From an archaeon (GTDB lineage: Archaea > Nanobdellota > Nanobdellia > Woesearchaeales > GW2011-AR9): a stretch of 64,000 bases of DNA. Position 1 is the first letter of the stretch, and each line of letters begins with the position of its first letter. Of the stretch, positions 10,769-20,716 are shown piece after piece. The notes beneath the pieces are model-generated. The model was given only the letters and a program-made list of their open reading frames with translations, did no database searches and was not told the origin of the DNA. Location of the stretch: contig JABHSG010000003.1 of the NCBI GenBank assembly GCA_018697095.1, forward strand, positions 356,839 to 420,838, in the 5' to 3' direction. Position numbers and translations under genes: made by a program.

Positions 10769-11599
10769 CTATCTACAATCAAATGTTCCATCAGCATCAA
10801 TCCAGATGTTTCCATCTTTGGTGATACAAAGCGCTCCATGGCCACCACTTCTATCTGGCGCTCGTAAAGGAAGATTAGCTACTGCCAGTGCTGACACTGG
10901 GTCGTTTACACCAATTCCAACAACACCGCCCATAATAGCAAGAGTGTTATTTTGTCTTAGTTCATGACCTAAGGTACTTGAAGCAAGACTAATTCCCATA
11001 CTGTGGTCTGCTCCACTAGTAAGAGTCATATCTTCACCTAGTGCAATGGAATAATCAGCTTTGGCCCAACTGTTATATCCTAAAGCAATAGAATTGTCTC
11101 CTTCAGCATGTGAGCTTTCACCAAGTGCCATTGAGTAATCTCCTTCAGCTTCAGTTGCATATCCTAGAGCAGTTGCACCCTCGCCGCTTGCTTCACTGTG
11201 TGCTCCAACAGCTGTTGATTTTCGGCCACTAGCTTCAGCATTAACGGTTGCAAAAGAACGTTCACCACTTGCAACAGAGCCTTCGCCAATTGCAACAGAG
11301 TCGCTTCCACTTGCCTTCGCATTACCACCTATTGCTAGAGAATCAGATCCACTTGCATTTGCTCCATTTCCAATAGCTACAGCAAACCTACCACTAGCTT
11401 CGCACATCCCTCCAATCGCTAGAGATTCTCTGCCAGATGCATCAATTGCATTAAAACTCATAATGCTATCACTTCCAGTTCCTGCGATAAAAAATGGACT
11501 CGCTAGTGCTGACCCTGCCATCATAAATACAGCTAAACCAGCAAAAAGTAACATAAAACCAACCTTATTCCTTCCTACATTTTTTCTTTCTTTTTTCAT
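10769..11599 (-). CDS. secreted YadA-head (Hep/Hag) repeat adhesin-like protein
   Basis: Signal peptide (..GSALA), about ten 14-residue repeats A.G..S.AIG..., C-terminal GVVGIGVNDP motif; GGAGG RBS before ATG 11599. Confidence 0.85.
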   Translation of the reverse strand: MKKERKNVGRNKVGFMLLFAGLAVFMMAGSALASPFFIAGTGSDSIMSFNAIDASGRESLAIGGMCEASGRFAVAIGNGANASGSDSLAIGGNAKASGSDSVAIGEGSVASGERSFATVNAEASGRKSTAVGAHSEASGEGATALGYATEAEGDYSMALGESSHAEGDNSIALGYNSWAKADYSIALGEDMTLTSGADHSMGISLASSTLGHELRQNNTLAIMGGVVGIGVNDPVSALAVANLPLRAPDRSGGHGALCITKDGNIWIDADGTFDCR

Positions 11600-11666
11600 A
11601 ATTGTTTCCTCCAAATTGCTGCATTAAACAAGCTTGATTTGCACCAATTCATACTATCTTAATGCA

Positions 11667-11706
11667 GGAAACTATACTTAGTAGCATCGGGAAACTAAGG
11701 AAACTA
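11667..11706. promoter_or_regulatory. three direct GGAAACTA repeats upstream of the adhesin gene (candidate operator)
   Basis: Exact copies at 11667, 11690 and 11699. Confidence 0.4.
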
Positions 11707-11803
11707 TCAGTGAGAACAAAGGTAAAACTCCCTAAATTAATGAAAATTAAACACATATGAAAAAAGAAATAATAAAAAATTAAAACAAAAAATAATCAAT
11801 TAT

Positions 11804-13018
11804 CTAACACTTCCCACGAAGGTGACTTGCTGCTAGTACTTTCTTGATACTATACATGTAAGTTGTCATTCGAAAATCATGTTTCTTATCAGCAGCAGAA
11901 TACAATCCCCAGATCTCACTAAATGCAGTCTCCATTTTCTTGCGTAATTTTGCCTCAATAACATCGCTCTCCCAATAATCACCACTACGGTTCTGCACCC
12001 ACTCAAAACAAGATACAGTCACTCCACCAGCATTCGCTAAAATATCAGGCAAGACAAGCACACCAGCATTATGCAAAATGTCATCTGCTGCAGCATTTGT
12101 CGGTCCGTTAGCTAGTTCCAAAACAACCTTTGCTTTAACAGCGCCAGCATTAGATTCAGTAATACTATCTTCAAGAGCCGCAGGAACTAAAATATCACAA
12201 TCAAGCTCCAGTAATTCAGAATTACTAAGAACTTTTACTCCTTCACCACTAAACTCGCTAACACTTTTTTTTTCACCTTTAAGCAAACAAAGCGCTTCAA
12301 CATCAAGTCCACTTGCACATGCAACTGCGCCACGACTATCACTAGCACCAACAACAACAAATCCACGCGCAACAAGTAATTTAGCTGCAGTCATTCCTGC
12401 GTTTCCAAAACCTTGGATAACAACTCGCTTACCAACATTTGATAATTTTGAAATTGCAGCTTCGAGTACATATACTCCACCTAGAGCAGTTGCAATTCCA
12501 CGAACTTTTGATCCACCAACTTCAAGTGGTTTTCCAGTGATTACTCCAGGTGCATGGTGGCCAACATGCTTTTCATATTCATCAAGCATCCAAGCCATTA
12601 TCTGTGGTGTTGTGTAAACATCAGGTGCTGGAATATCTTTGTTAGGTCCAATAAAATCTCCAAATGCACGAATGTAAGCACGACTTAACTCCTCCAGTTC
12701 ACTAACCGATAATTCTTTTGGATTAACACTAATACCTCCTTTTCCTCCACCAAGTGGCAAATCAGTAACTGCGCATTTAAGACTCATCCAAAACGCAAGT
12801 GATGTGACTTCTTCTTCATTAACCTCTGGGTGATATCTGATTCCTCCTTTAGAAGGCCCACGCGCACGACTGTATTGTACTCTCCATGCATCAAACTTTT
12901 TATCACCAACTGATAACTTAGCATGATGTACATGCTCTGGACTTGAAAGAACTGCAACTTCTTTTTCACTCAAACTCATTAATGGTAGAACTTTATCTAA
13001 AAATTGTTTATAACTCAT
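11804..13018 (-). CDS. gdhA: Glu/Leu/Phe/Val dehydrogenase (glutamate dehydrogenase)
   Basis: GPSKGGIRYHP, GGGKGG, DIPAPDVYT, QGFGNAG, ELANGP, PDILANAGGVTVS. Confidence 0.95.
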   Translation of the reverse strand: MSYKQFLDKVLPLMSLSEKEVAVLSSPEHVHHAKLSVGDKKFDAWRVQYSRARGPSKGGIRYHPEVNEEEVTSLAFWMSLKCAVTDLPLGGGKGGISVNPKELSVSELEELSRAYIRAFGDFIGPNKDIPAPDVYTTPQIMAWMLDEYEKHVGHHAPGVITGKPLEVGGSKVRGIATALGGVYVLEAAISKLSNVGKRVVIQGFGNAGMTAAKLLVARGFVVVGASDSRGAVACASGLDVEALCLLKGEKKSVSEFSGEGVKVLSNSELLELDCDILVPAALEDSITESNAGAVKAKVVLELANGPTNAAADDILHNAGVLVLPDILANAGGVTVSCFEWVQNRSGDYWESDVIEAKLRKKMETAFSEIWGLYSAADKKHDFRMTTYMYSIKKVLAASHLRGKC

Positions 13019-13130
13019 AATATCACCAATCAAAAAAGATCTCCTTTTCAATTATAAACATTATGAACTTTAGAAATAATGGTAGTCAAATAAATAAACT
13101 AAAATAAGAAGAAATTAAAAAAAAATAACT

Positions 13131-13652
13131 TTATTCTTGACAAGCCGCTGCGTCACATCCTAAACTACAGGTAACTACAACACTTTGTACCATTCCATTT
13201 TCATTACAATAATATTCTTCTAAATGAACTTCATCATAACAAACATCCGGAAAAACTGCTCCATCATAATGAACTTCACCAGCTACTGCGTATGTGATAA
13301 ATCCACCATTAGGTACTTCAATGTCAACATTCCCTTCATTTTCATCTGAATCAGTACAAGACCTACCTTCATCTAGGTTTGGTATTTTAGTAATTGGAGG
13401 GATATCATCTCCAGGTGTTCCGATCTCTGGGATATCAATAATGTCTTCAACAATACTAACGCTCACATCATTTCCACTTGGATTAGCAGCCTTAATTTTC
13501 AAATTTTGATTTTGTAATTTAAATAATGCTGCTTCTCCTGTAAGTGCAGCATCAGAATCTTCTAATGACAATCCACTTCCACTAAATATCATGATCACAA
13601 TTCCTACAATTGCAACTACGCTAACAAGTAGTATACTATTTTTATTATCCAT
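13131..13652 (-). CDS. membrane-anchored/secreted Cys-rich protein (one CxDSD...EYYC...GC..AC module)
   Basis: N-terminal TM followed by LTGEA; C-terminal six-Cys module; GAGGTGA RBS before ATG 13652. Confidence 0.8.
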   Translation of the reverse strand: MDNKNSILLVSVVAIVGIVIMIFSGSGLSLEDSDAALTGEAALFKLQNQNLKIKAANPSGNDVSVSIVEDIIDIPEIGTPGDDIPPITKIPNLDEGRSCTDSDENEGNVDIEVPNGGFITYAVAGEVHYDGAVFPDVCYDEVHLEEYYCNENGMVQSVVVTCSLGCDAAACQE

Positions 13653-13786
13653 AAAATTCACCTCAATAATGATTATGTAGCATAAATCATCCAAAATCAG
13701 AATATAAATCTTTGCAAAAAACAAATTCAATAAACTTTGACATTTACTAAATTACAAAAAAATCAATAAATAAAAAAATAAAAAAT

Positions 13787-15442
13787 TTACTCAACAACTA
13801 GTGTTCCAGTCATTCCTCGCCAGTCTTCACAACTGCTACAAGAATATTCAAATTCTCCTGCTGTTGATGCAACAAATGAAACAGCAGTGTCTCCACTAAC
13901 TTCTTGCGATACACCAAGTTCTGCAATTGCAAAAGTAAAGTCAAGTCCTTCAGGCATAATGTTCAAAACAACTGTGTCTCCAACACTAACGCTAATTGAT
14001 CGTGGTTCAAATAACCATCTTTTAGCAGCCAAATCAAAACTAACATCTCCAGAGATAGCTTCTTCTTCCACTGTTTCCTCAGCAGAAGTTTCTTCTTCTA
14101 CAACTGTTTCTTCAACTAAAACAACTTCTTCAGTAGATTCAAGTTCAGCCAAAGCTCGTTCAATAGCAGCTTCAAATTCAGCGTAAGGAAGTGCCCCAGA
14201 AAGCATTTCTCCATTTACAAAAAATGCAGGTGTTCCAGTAACTCCTAGTGATTCACCGTATGCCATATCTGCAAGTACTTCAGCTTCCATAACTGAAGAT
14301 TCAAGGCAAGCGCTAAAAGAATCAACGTCAAGACCTAATTCGCCTGCCCACAGAACATAATTTTCTTCTGACAAATCTTCTTGATTCTCAAAAAGTAAAT
14401 CATGCATCTCGTAGTACATATCTTGTTCACCAGCACACTGCGCAGCTTCAGCTGCTTTTTGTGCACTAGGGTGAGCTGATAATGGAAAGTCTCTATAAAC
14501 CAAATTTACAATTCCTGTATCAATGTAGTTCTCTTCAATTAATGGTAATGTGTCATCAACGAATCTTCTACAAAATGGACATTCGTAATCGCTAAACTCT
14601 ACAATTGTAACAAGTGCATCTGGATTTCCATGAATTGCATTATCTCCAGTTGATACTTCGATTCGATTTACTCCAGATTCAACTTCACTTCCAGCCAATT
14701 CTTCTACAACAACTGTTTCTTCTCCAAGAGCAAACCCTTGTGGGAAAAACAATTCTCCATCCTTACTTACATAAGAATCAATTTCTTGTCCACCAACACT
14801 TAAAGCAACTCTATAAACTTCTCCAACATCTCCACTTTCAGTAACTGTTGCTACAAATGGGTCTGGGAGTAGTTCAGAATTCACATATTCAAGAGCAAGT
14901 CCTTCAGCTTCAGATAAACTAATCTCGCCACCTGAACCAGTTCCAAAATCAAATCCTCCTGTAAATACAGAAATCAATAATAAAATTACCAGTACTCCAC
15001 TAAGTACTGCCCATGCATTTCCACCTGAAAACATCTGTTCAGACTCATCATCCCAACTTCTTGATGAAGAATCTTTAGGACTTTCTTTTTTAGAATCATT
15101 TCCTTGTGAAATAGAAACAACTTCTACTTTTGGAGTTTGCATAGCTGCTTCTACTTTAGAAGGTACGTCTTCAATATCATCAATACTAATTGCTTTTGGT
15201 GCAGCTTTTTCAATAGTAATACTACTTTTTTTAGCAGAAACCTTAGGTTTTTCAACTTTAGAACTACTACTTGCTTTTCTAGCACTAGCTACTTTCTTTA
15301 CTTTTTGTGCTTTTTCAGCACTACTTGTCTCCTTTGAAGGAGTTTTATTTTCAGTTTTTTTTCCGACCATAGGGTATTCCTCCTCCACCACCTCTTCGGC
15401 TAAAAAGGATTCTTCGATCTCACTAATTGCTTTTTGTTCCAT
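13787..15442 (-). CDS. membrane-anchored DsbA-family thiol-disulfide oxidoreductase with C-terminal cupredoxin-like domain
   Basis: EFSDYECPFC, RDFPL, GVTGTPAFFVNG (DsbA/Thioredoxin_4). C-terminus FEP..I.V..GD.V...GEFEYSCSSC...MTGTLVVE. Confidence 0.9.
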   Translation of the reverse strand: MEQKAISEIEESFLAEEVVEEEYPMVGKKTENKTPSKETSSAEKAQKVKKVASARKASSSSKVEKPKVSAKKSSITIEKAAPKAISIDDIEDVPSKVEAAMQTPKVEVVSISQGNDSKKESPKDSSSRSWDDESEQMFSGGNAWAVLSGVLVILLLISVFTGGFDFGTGSGGEISLSEAEGLALEYVNSELLPDPFVATVTESGDVGEVYRVALSVGGQEIDSYVSKDGELFFPQGFALGEETVVVEELAGSEVESGVNRIEVSTGDNAIHGNPDALVTIVEFSDYECPFCRRFVDDTLPLIEENYIDTGIVNLVYRDFPLSAHPSAQKAAEAAQCAGEQDMYYEMHDLLFENQEDLSEENYVLWAGELGLDVDSFSACLESSVMEAEVLADMAYGESLGVTGTPAFFVNGEMLSGALPYAEFEAAIERALAELESTEEVVLVEETVVEEETSAEETVEEEAISGDVSFDLAAKRWLFEPRSISVSVGDTVVLNIMPEGLDFTFAIAELGVSQEVSGDTAVSFVASTAGEFEYSCSSCEDWRGMTGTLVVE

Positions 15443-15624
15443 ACCATCACCTTGTTTTGTGATTTCGCCAAGAAATGAATATTTAAAGATTTAGCTAATA
15501 CAGATCACAAAAAAATTGTTTGTAATACTCTTATACTGCCTTAAAAAAACATTATCTAAAAAGAAATTAACTTTTTACTTTAGCAAATATTTCTAGAAAA
15601 TAAAATGACAACTATCAAAAATAA

Positions 15625-16398
15625 CTATTGCAAACCACTCATTTGATTTCCTATTTGCATGTTCTTACAAGCGCTAACATTCAAATTCCTATGGTCCAGT
15701 GTAAAAACAGTTGATTCCGGGGCTTCTACCCAAATGAATTCATCATGGCCAAGTAAAACTTCACTACTCACAATTGTGCACCTTTCATTACTTCCAATAT
15801 GCATAGTGTAATATCTTCTAGCTTCACTTTCTTTAACCATCACATAACTTTTATCTTTAGAAGATAAAATCACATTAGTTCCATGTGGAGTATCAAGCAA
15901 ACTTACGCATTCAGATACTGATTCTCCAATCCCTTTATTCTTGCTTAAACTTAATATTTGAAAAAATATTTGCTCAGAATCAGTTTCACTTTTAGTTTTA
16001 AAACTAGGACAATAATTAATTTCAGAAGGGACATATCCATTATGACAAAATACGAACTCTCCAACATCATTTCTATCAATGTAAAAAGGATGGTTATTTT
16101 TCAAAGCAGGGACACTCCCTTTAGCGTACCTAATATGTATCATTAAGTATTTTGTTTTAAGACTTCTAAACCACTGAACTTGTACATCGTCATATATAGC
16201 AGCTTCAGATTTGAATCTTCTCCATTTGCCTTGTGGGTCCAAATAAGATATCCCCCACCCATCTTGGTGTTTAAAACTCCCTTTCCCTAGGGTAGCATTG
16301 CGCTCATGGTCTTGAGTCTGATCTTTTGCCATAGCTATTGCTGCATCAAAAAGTTTAGAACTACTAAATTCACCAACTGCTACTAACATCCGACACAT
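15625..16398 (-). CDS. class II glutamine amidotransferase (EgtC/YafJ-like, standalone)
   Basis: N-terminal MCR, HQDGWG, HIRYA, NNHPF, FCHNG, TDSE. Confidence 0.9.
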   Translation of the reverse strand: MCRMLVAVGEFSSSKLFDAAIAMAKDQTQDHERNATLGKGSFKHQDGWGISYLDPQGKWRRFKSEAAIYDDVQVQWFRSLKTKYLMIHIRYAKGSVPALKNNHPFYIDRNDVGEFVFCHNGYVPSEINYCPSFKTKSETDSEQIFFQILSLSKNKGIGESVSECVSLLDTPHGTNVILSSKDKSYVMVKESEARRYYTMHIGSNERCTIVSSEVLLGHDEFIWVEAPESTVFTLDHRNLNVSACKNMQIGNQMSGLQ

Positions 16399-16668
16399 CT
16401 ATCTACCTCTTTTAAGAATAAACAAAGTCTATTCTCAAATAATCAACCAAACCAGTATACAAAAAACTACACTTTAGAAACTAACAAAGAATAATGTATA
16501 TTTAAAGATTATGGAGTAAATATCACTAATGTAGGCAAAATCAAGCAAAATATGGCTAATCTCGAACAATTTGGCAGTTATATTTTGGCCAATTCGTAAA
16601 AAAACAATGTTTAATCGACTTATCAAACTCCTTTTCTGTTCATAACTACTAAAAATAAAAAATCTAAG

Positions 16669-16683
16669 GTAAGCTTTATAAAT
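16669..16683 (+). promoter_or_regulatory. BRE/TATA promoter of rps3ae (GTAAGCTTTATAAAT)
   Basis: Matches the motif found upstream of several translation genes in this window. Confidence 0.6.
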
Positions 16684-16821
16684 CACCGGGCGTCCAAAGC
16701 AAAGATCCTACTTTAGCTAGTATATCAATTACGCATTGCAAGCAAAAAACAATTGTGGGACAACATGCAGCCATGAGGAATCACTGTATGTTGAGAACGA
16801 CCCTTATCGAGGAATACTAAT

Positions 16822-17556
16822 ATGGCAAAAAAACAAAAAAAAGATACAAAAATTAAGATTAAAAAGAAAGTATGGTACAATGTTGTAGCTCCAAAAAGTT
16901 TCAACCATAAAGAAATAGGTGAAACCTATTTAGAAAACCCTGATAAAGGTCTTAATCGTAAGATGACTGTTTCTTTAAAAGATTTGACTGGGTCAATGCG
17001 TGATCAAAACGTTCAAATTCAATTAAAACTTTCAGAAGTAAAAGGAACTTCTTTGCACACAATTCCAATTGGTTATAATGTAGTGTCAACTTTTGTAAAG
17101 CGCCTTGTTAGAAAACGAACTTCCAGACTTGACGATGTTTTTACTTTAAACACTAAAAATGGAAAACCAGTTGTTCTTAAGATGTTAATTGTGACTTACG
17201 GTCATGTAAACAAATCTATGGCAACAACTTTGCGTATGAAAGTTAGATCTTTAATGCAAGATCAGATGCAAAAAACTGATTTTGAAACTCTTGTTTCAAG
17301 CCTTGTATCATTAAAAATACAAAGCCCAATTAAACGCACAGTGAACAAATTTTTCCCAATTAAAGAAGTGCTTGTACGTAGTGCTCATTTAGTTGACGAA
17401 GATAAAGCTCGTCGTGTAAAAGAATCTGTGATTAACGAAGTTGTTGACAACCGAGTTAAAGTAGAAAGTTTTGAAGAGCCGCTTGTAAACGTCGATGAAA
17501 ACAAAGATGAAGCAGCACAAGAAACTACCACAGAATCTGCAGATGATCAAGAATAA
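16822..17556 (+). CDS. rps3ae: 30S ribosomal protein S3Ae (eS1)
   Basis: KKVWY.VVAP..F...IGET, LKDLTG, RLVRKRTSRLDD, FFPIKEV. Confidence 0.93.
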   Translation: MAKKQKKDTKIKIKKKVWYNVVAPKSFNHKEIGETYLENPDKGLNRKMTVSLKDLTGSMRDQNVQIQLKLSEVKGTSLHTIPIGYNVVSTFVKRLVRKRTSRLDDVFTLNTKNGKPVVLKMLIVTYGHVNKSMATTLRMKVRSLMQDQMQKTDFETLVSSLVSLKIQSPIKRTVNKFFPIKEVLVRSAHLVDEDKARRVKESVINEVVDNRVKVESFEEPLVNVDENKDEAAQETTTESADDQE

Positions 17557-17619
17557 ACTTATTTTTTTATTTTCTTTTATTTTCAACTAATACAAACTAC
17601 AAAAAACCAGGATATTAAA

Positions 17620-18213
17620 ATGAAATTCCTTCTATTCTCAGACGTTCATGATGACATCAAACAAACAAAAAAGCTACTGCAAAGAGCCCACGAAAAAAAA
17701 GTAGATATTATTATTGTCCCTGGAGATTTTACTGAATTCGATACTGGGCTTCGTAGGATGCTAAAAATGTTTAATGAAACAAAGTTGCCAGTTTATGTTC
17801 TTCACGGTAACCACGAGAACCTTGAAAAATTAGAATCTACAATTAAAGATTATCCTAACTTAACACTTTTTCACAAAGACCATTTTATTGTTGATGACAT
17901 TGTGTTTTTAGGTTATGGTGGAGATGGTTTTTCCAGGCAAGATTCTGAATTTAGAAAAATTGCAAGAACTTGGTATGGCAAATTCAAAGATAAAAGAGTT
18001 GTTCTAATAACGCACGGTCCACCATACAAAACAAAATTAGACAAACTAAAAGCAGGTCATGTTGGGAACATGGACTACCGAATTTTCATTGAAAGAATTA
18101 AACCCCTTATGGCAATTAGTGGGCATCTGCACGACACTATGGGCGAACAAGACGAAATAGGAGACACTATCTTACTAAACCCATGTTGGGAAGGCGTAAT
18201 CATCGAATTATGA
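17620..18213 (+). CDS. metallophosphoesterase (calcineurin-like, Icc type)
   Basis: SDVH, GDF, GNHE, THGPP, GHLH. Confidence 0.92.
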   Translation: MKFLLFSDVHDDIKQTKKLLQRAHEKKVDIIIVPGDFTEFDTGLRRMLKMFNETKLPVYVLHGNHENLEKLESTIKDYPNLTLFHKDHFIVDDIVFLGYGGDGFSRQDSEFRKIARTWYGKFKDKRVVLITHGPPYKTKLDKLKAGHVGNMDYRIFIERIKPLMAISGHLHDTMGEQDEIGDTILLNPCWEGVIIEL

Positions 18214-18306
18214 AAGTAAAAAAACGACACCACTGGGCCAAGTAACTCCTCCAAAGTAATAACTTGACTAAAGTTTATAAATGGGCTTCTAATTTACTAA
18301 CTACTA

Positions 18307-18951
18307 ATGGCATATGATGACAAAGACCTTGAAAGAATTTTAGAAGTTGCTAAGACTGTATCTATGGGTGCCGGGTTTGAACCAGATAATTTTGAACTTG
18401 TTTATCGTGCCGCAGTCGCCATGGTACAAAAAGAAAAAGCTGCAGATGTAGCTAACCTATATGGAAACCTTGGATTAAACGCATTTTTAGTTAGGTCTTT
18501 TCAAATGGGTGTAATAAAATTTGGAACACATTCAAAGATTATCCCCTGCGCAGTTGGGTGGAGTGATCCTATAAGGGAAATAATTAATCATGAATTTGAC
18601 ACAGACTTAAGTGAACGAAAACGTGGGGATGGCAATGTTTACGTTTGGTTAGGTTTAGATACTCAAGGAAATGGGCTCATACAAAGTTATGGTAATGCTC
18701 ATTCTGATGGAGTACATAGGATAAATATGCATTATTTTGCAGCAGTAGGAAATTACGATAAATTACTTGGAGTTGTTGATTCATTTAGAAGCGATCCTTC
18801 AAATATGTCTACATTTGTCAAGAGTGCATTTGGTTGGAAAAATGAAGTGCCAAGACATATGGGTGGTCAACCAGATTTGTACACTCGTATGGAAAGATTA
18901 TATTTAAAAGTTGGAACTAACAACGTAGAATCAATTCAAATCAAACGATAA
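18307..18951 (+). CDS. hypothetical protein
   Basis: 214-aa ORF with TATA (TTTATAAA) upstream. Confidence 0.75.
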   Translation: MAYDDKDLERILEVAKTVSMGAGFEPDNFELVYRAAVAMVQKEKAADVANLYGNLGLNAFLVRSFQMGVIKFGTHSKIIPCAVGWSDPIREIINHEFDTDLSERKRGDGNVYVWLGLDTQGNGLIQSYGNAHSDGVHRINMHYFAAVGNYDKLLGVVDSFRSDPSNMSTFVKSAFGWKNEVPRHMGGQPDLYTRMERLYLKVGTNNVESIQIKR

Positions 18952-18980
18952 TTTTTCTAAATTAATTTTCTTCATTACTA

Positions 18981-19967
18981 CTATTTTTCTCTTTTTTCAA
19001 CTGATTCGCTATCTTCTTTATCTACGCTAGCAGCAATTGCTTCCATGAAAACTTTACTTGTTGCTACAGCCAAACCCTTTTTCTCAGTCGAAATTTGCAC
19101 GGCGCTCATAAGTGCTTCTCCAACGCAAACTAATTCGCCCTTCAAACTCATAACAGCTACTATCTCTCCAAGTTTAAAATTCTCCATCTTAGAAATTCCT
19201 GGGGCTCCTAAATCACGTCCATGGGACAAACTCTCAAGTGCAGAATCAAACACATAGATCTTCTTAAAATCGCGTACAGCTCTCTCTATTGGCCAAAGGC
19301 AATGCCGTAAATAGGTTTCATCCCCATGTTCCTTGTAATAAAAAAGAGCATCACGTAAATCATCGCATGTTACTAAGTGGTCTTCCTCGCGAAATGGTCC
19401 AGCTTGAGAGCGACGAAGTTCTTGCATCTGTGCTCCTATATTCATTTTTTTACCAATATCAGTACATAGTTTTCGAATATAAGTTCCAGCTTCACAAAGA
19501 ACACGAAACAAAACATCTCGGTTATCAATTTCCAAAATTTCAAGCTCATAAATTTCACGAGTCCGCAATTGACGTTTAACTGCTGAGCGTACAGGAGGTA
19601 ATTGCTGAATTTTCCCAATAAAACCAGCCATAACTTTGCGGATTTCTTCATGCTCAATGTTATCTTTATGCAAATGCATAATGCAAATGTATTCTTTAGG
19701 TGACTTAAGTAAATATTGAACTACTTTGGTAGCTCTTCCAATAGCTACTGGTTGTACTCCAGTCACCATTGGGTCCAATGTTCCTGAATGCCCAGCCTTT
19801 TTCAGACCTAAAATTTTTTGAACGTAATCTGAAACTTGGTGTGATGTAGGCCCAGCTTGTTTATCGATATTCACAACTGCAAAAGATAGAAGTTCATCTA
19901 CAGTCCGACTATAAGGCTCGCAGCCAATTTCGCCAACAGCTTCCTCAATCACAATCATATCAGTCAT
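18981..19967 (-). CDS. cbf5: H/ACA RNA-guided pseudouridine synthase Cbf5 (TruB family)
   Basis: GPTSHQV, GHSGTLDP, QLPPVRSAVKR, CEAGTYIRKLC, PUA domain. Confidence 0.95.
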   Translation of the reverse strand: MTDMIVIEEAVGEIGCEPYSRTVDELLSFAVVNIDKQAGPTSHQVSDYVQKILGLKKAGHSGTLDPMVTGVQPVAIGRATKVVQYLLKSPKEYICIMHLHKDNIEHEEIRKVMAGFIGKIQQLPPVRSAVKRQLRTREIYELEILEIDNRDVLFRVLCEAGTYIRKLCTDIGKKMNIGAQMQELRRSQAGPFREEDHLVTCDDLRDALFYYKEHGDETYLRHCLWPIERAVRDFKKIYVFDSALESLSHGRDLGAPGISKMENFKLGEIVAVMSLKGELVCVGEALMSAVQISTEKKGLAVATSKVFMEAIAASVDKEDSESVEKREK

Positions 19968-20051
19968 AGTACAAACAAGAATTAGTCTTAGTTAAAAAGC
20001 TTGCGAGCAAAAGATTCTCACTTTTACTTATATCAAAAATAAAAAATGAAA

Positions 20052-20588
20052 TTATGATCCATTTTTAATAAAATGAATATCTTTACAGACATCTTCCAAA
20101 AGGCTTATTCTTTCCCTTGCAATTTCACCAGTTTCAATATAAAGTCTAACTTGTCCATTATCTCCTGTCCATGGGCCACAACTATAATCTTTTGAATGTA
20201 TTTCATCACTACACTGATATCCTTTATTTGGTGTTTCACGATCAATTAATCTCATACTTTCTGGCGTATCAAACATACGTCCATTTCCCTTATCAATTGC
20301 ATAAAACAAAATGATGTCTTCCCACCTATCGTGGGCAGATTTTGTATATGTTCCAAACATCACTTCAAAGCAAACATCTGGATGAACTTTTCTTATCTCT
20401 TCAATATCTATTTTCCTCTTGGCATATACAATTCCCAATTGTTCTTGACAAATTACCTTGGTTTTACTTTGCTCGTCGCTTCTATCACCATCATTAACCC
20501 ACCATCTTGAGATATTTTCGTTTTCAACAACAAATTTTCTACGAATACCAATATATCTCATGTTTCCTATTCTAAATTCTCTTTCCAT
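20052..20588 (-). CDS. hypothetical protein
   Basis: About 178-aa ORF preceded by an AGGAGGAGTG RBS. Confidence 0.65.
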   Translation of the reverse strand: MEREFRIGNMRYIGIRRKFVVENENISRWWVNDGDRSDEQSKTKVICQEQLGIVYAKRKIDIEEIRKVHPDVCFEVMFGTYTKSAHDRWEDIILFYAIDKGNGRMFDTPESMRLIDRETPNKGYQCSDEIHSKDYSCGPWTGDNGQVRLYIETGEIARERISLLEDVCKDIHFIKNGS

Positions 20589-20716
20589 GTTAATCACTCC
20601 TCCTTAATAGTATTTCATATAAATCTCATTTTTTAAGAAATTATCTTCGAAATATACATAAAACATATAACTATAACTTACTTATTAGTAATTATATCCC
20701 AAAATGAGTGTAAAAA

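Noticed and set aside
15625-16398. Split GlmS glutaminase half partnering glmM/glmU
   Set aside because: Motifs (MCR, DGWG) fit the EgtC/YafJ subgroup rather than GlmS (CGI, RGYDS).
16399-16686. Coding-like stretch (FKDYGVNITNVGK...) and the 70-aa minus ORF
   Set aside because: No credible start or motif; treated as intergenic.
16686-16810. Possible RNase P or SRP RNA (GAGGAA and GAGAACGACCCTTA fragments)
   Set aside because: Too short, with no convincing P4 pairing or SRP helix-8 motif; kept only as a leader candidate.
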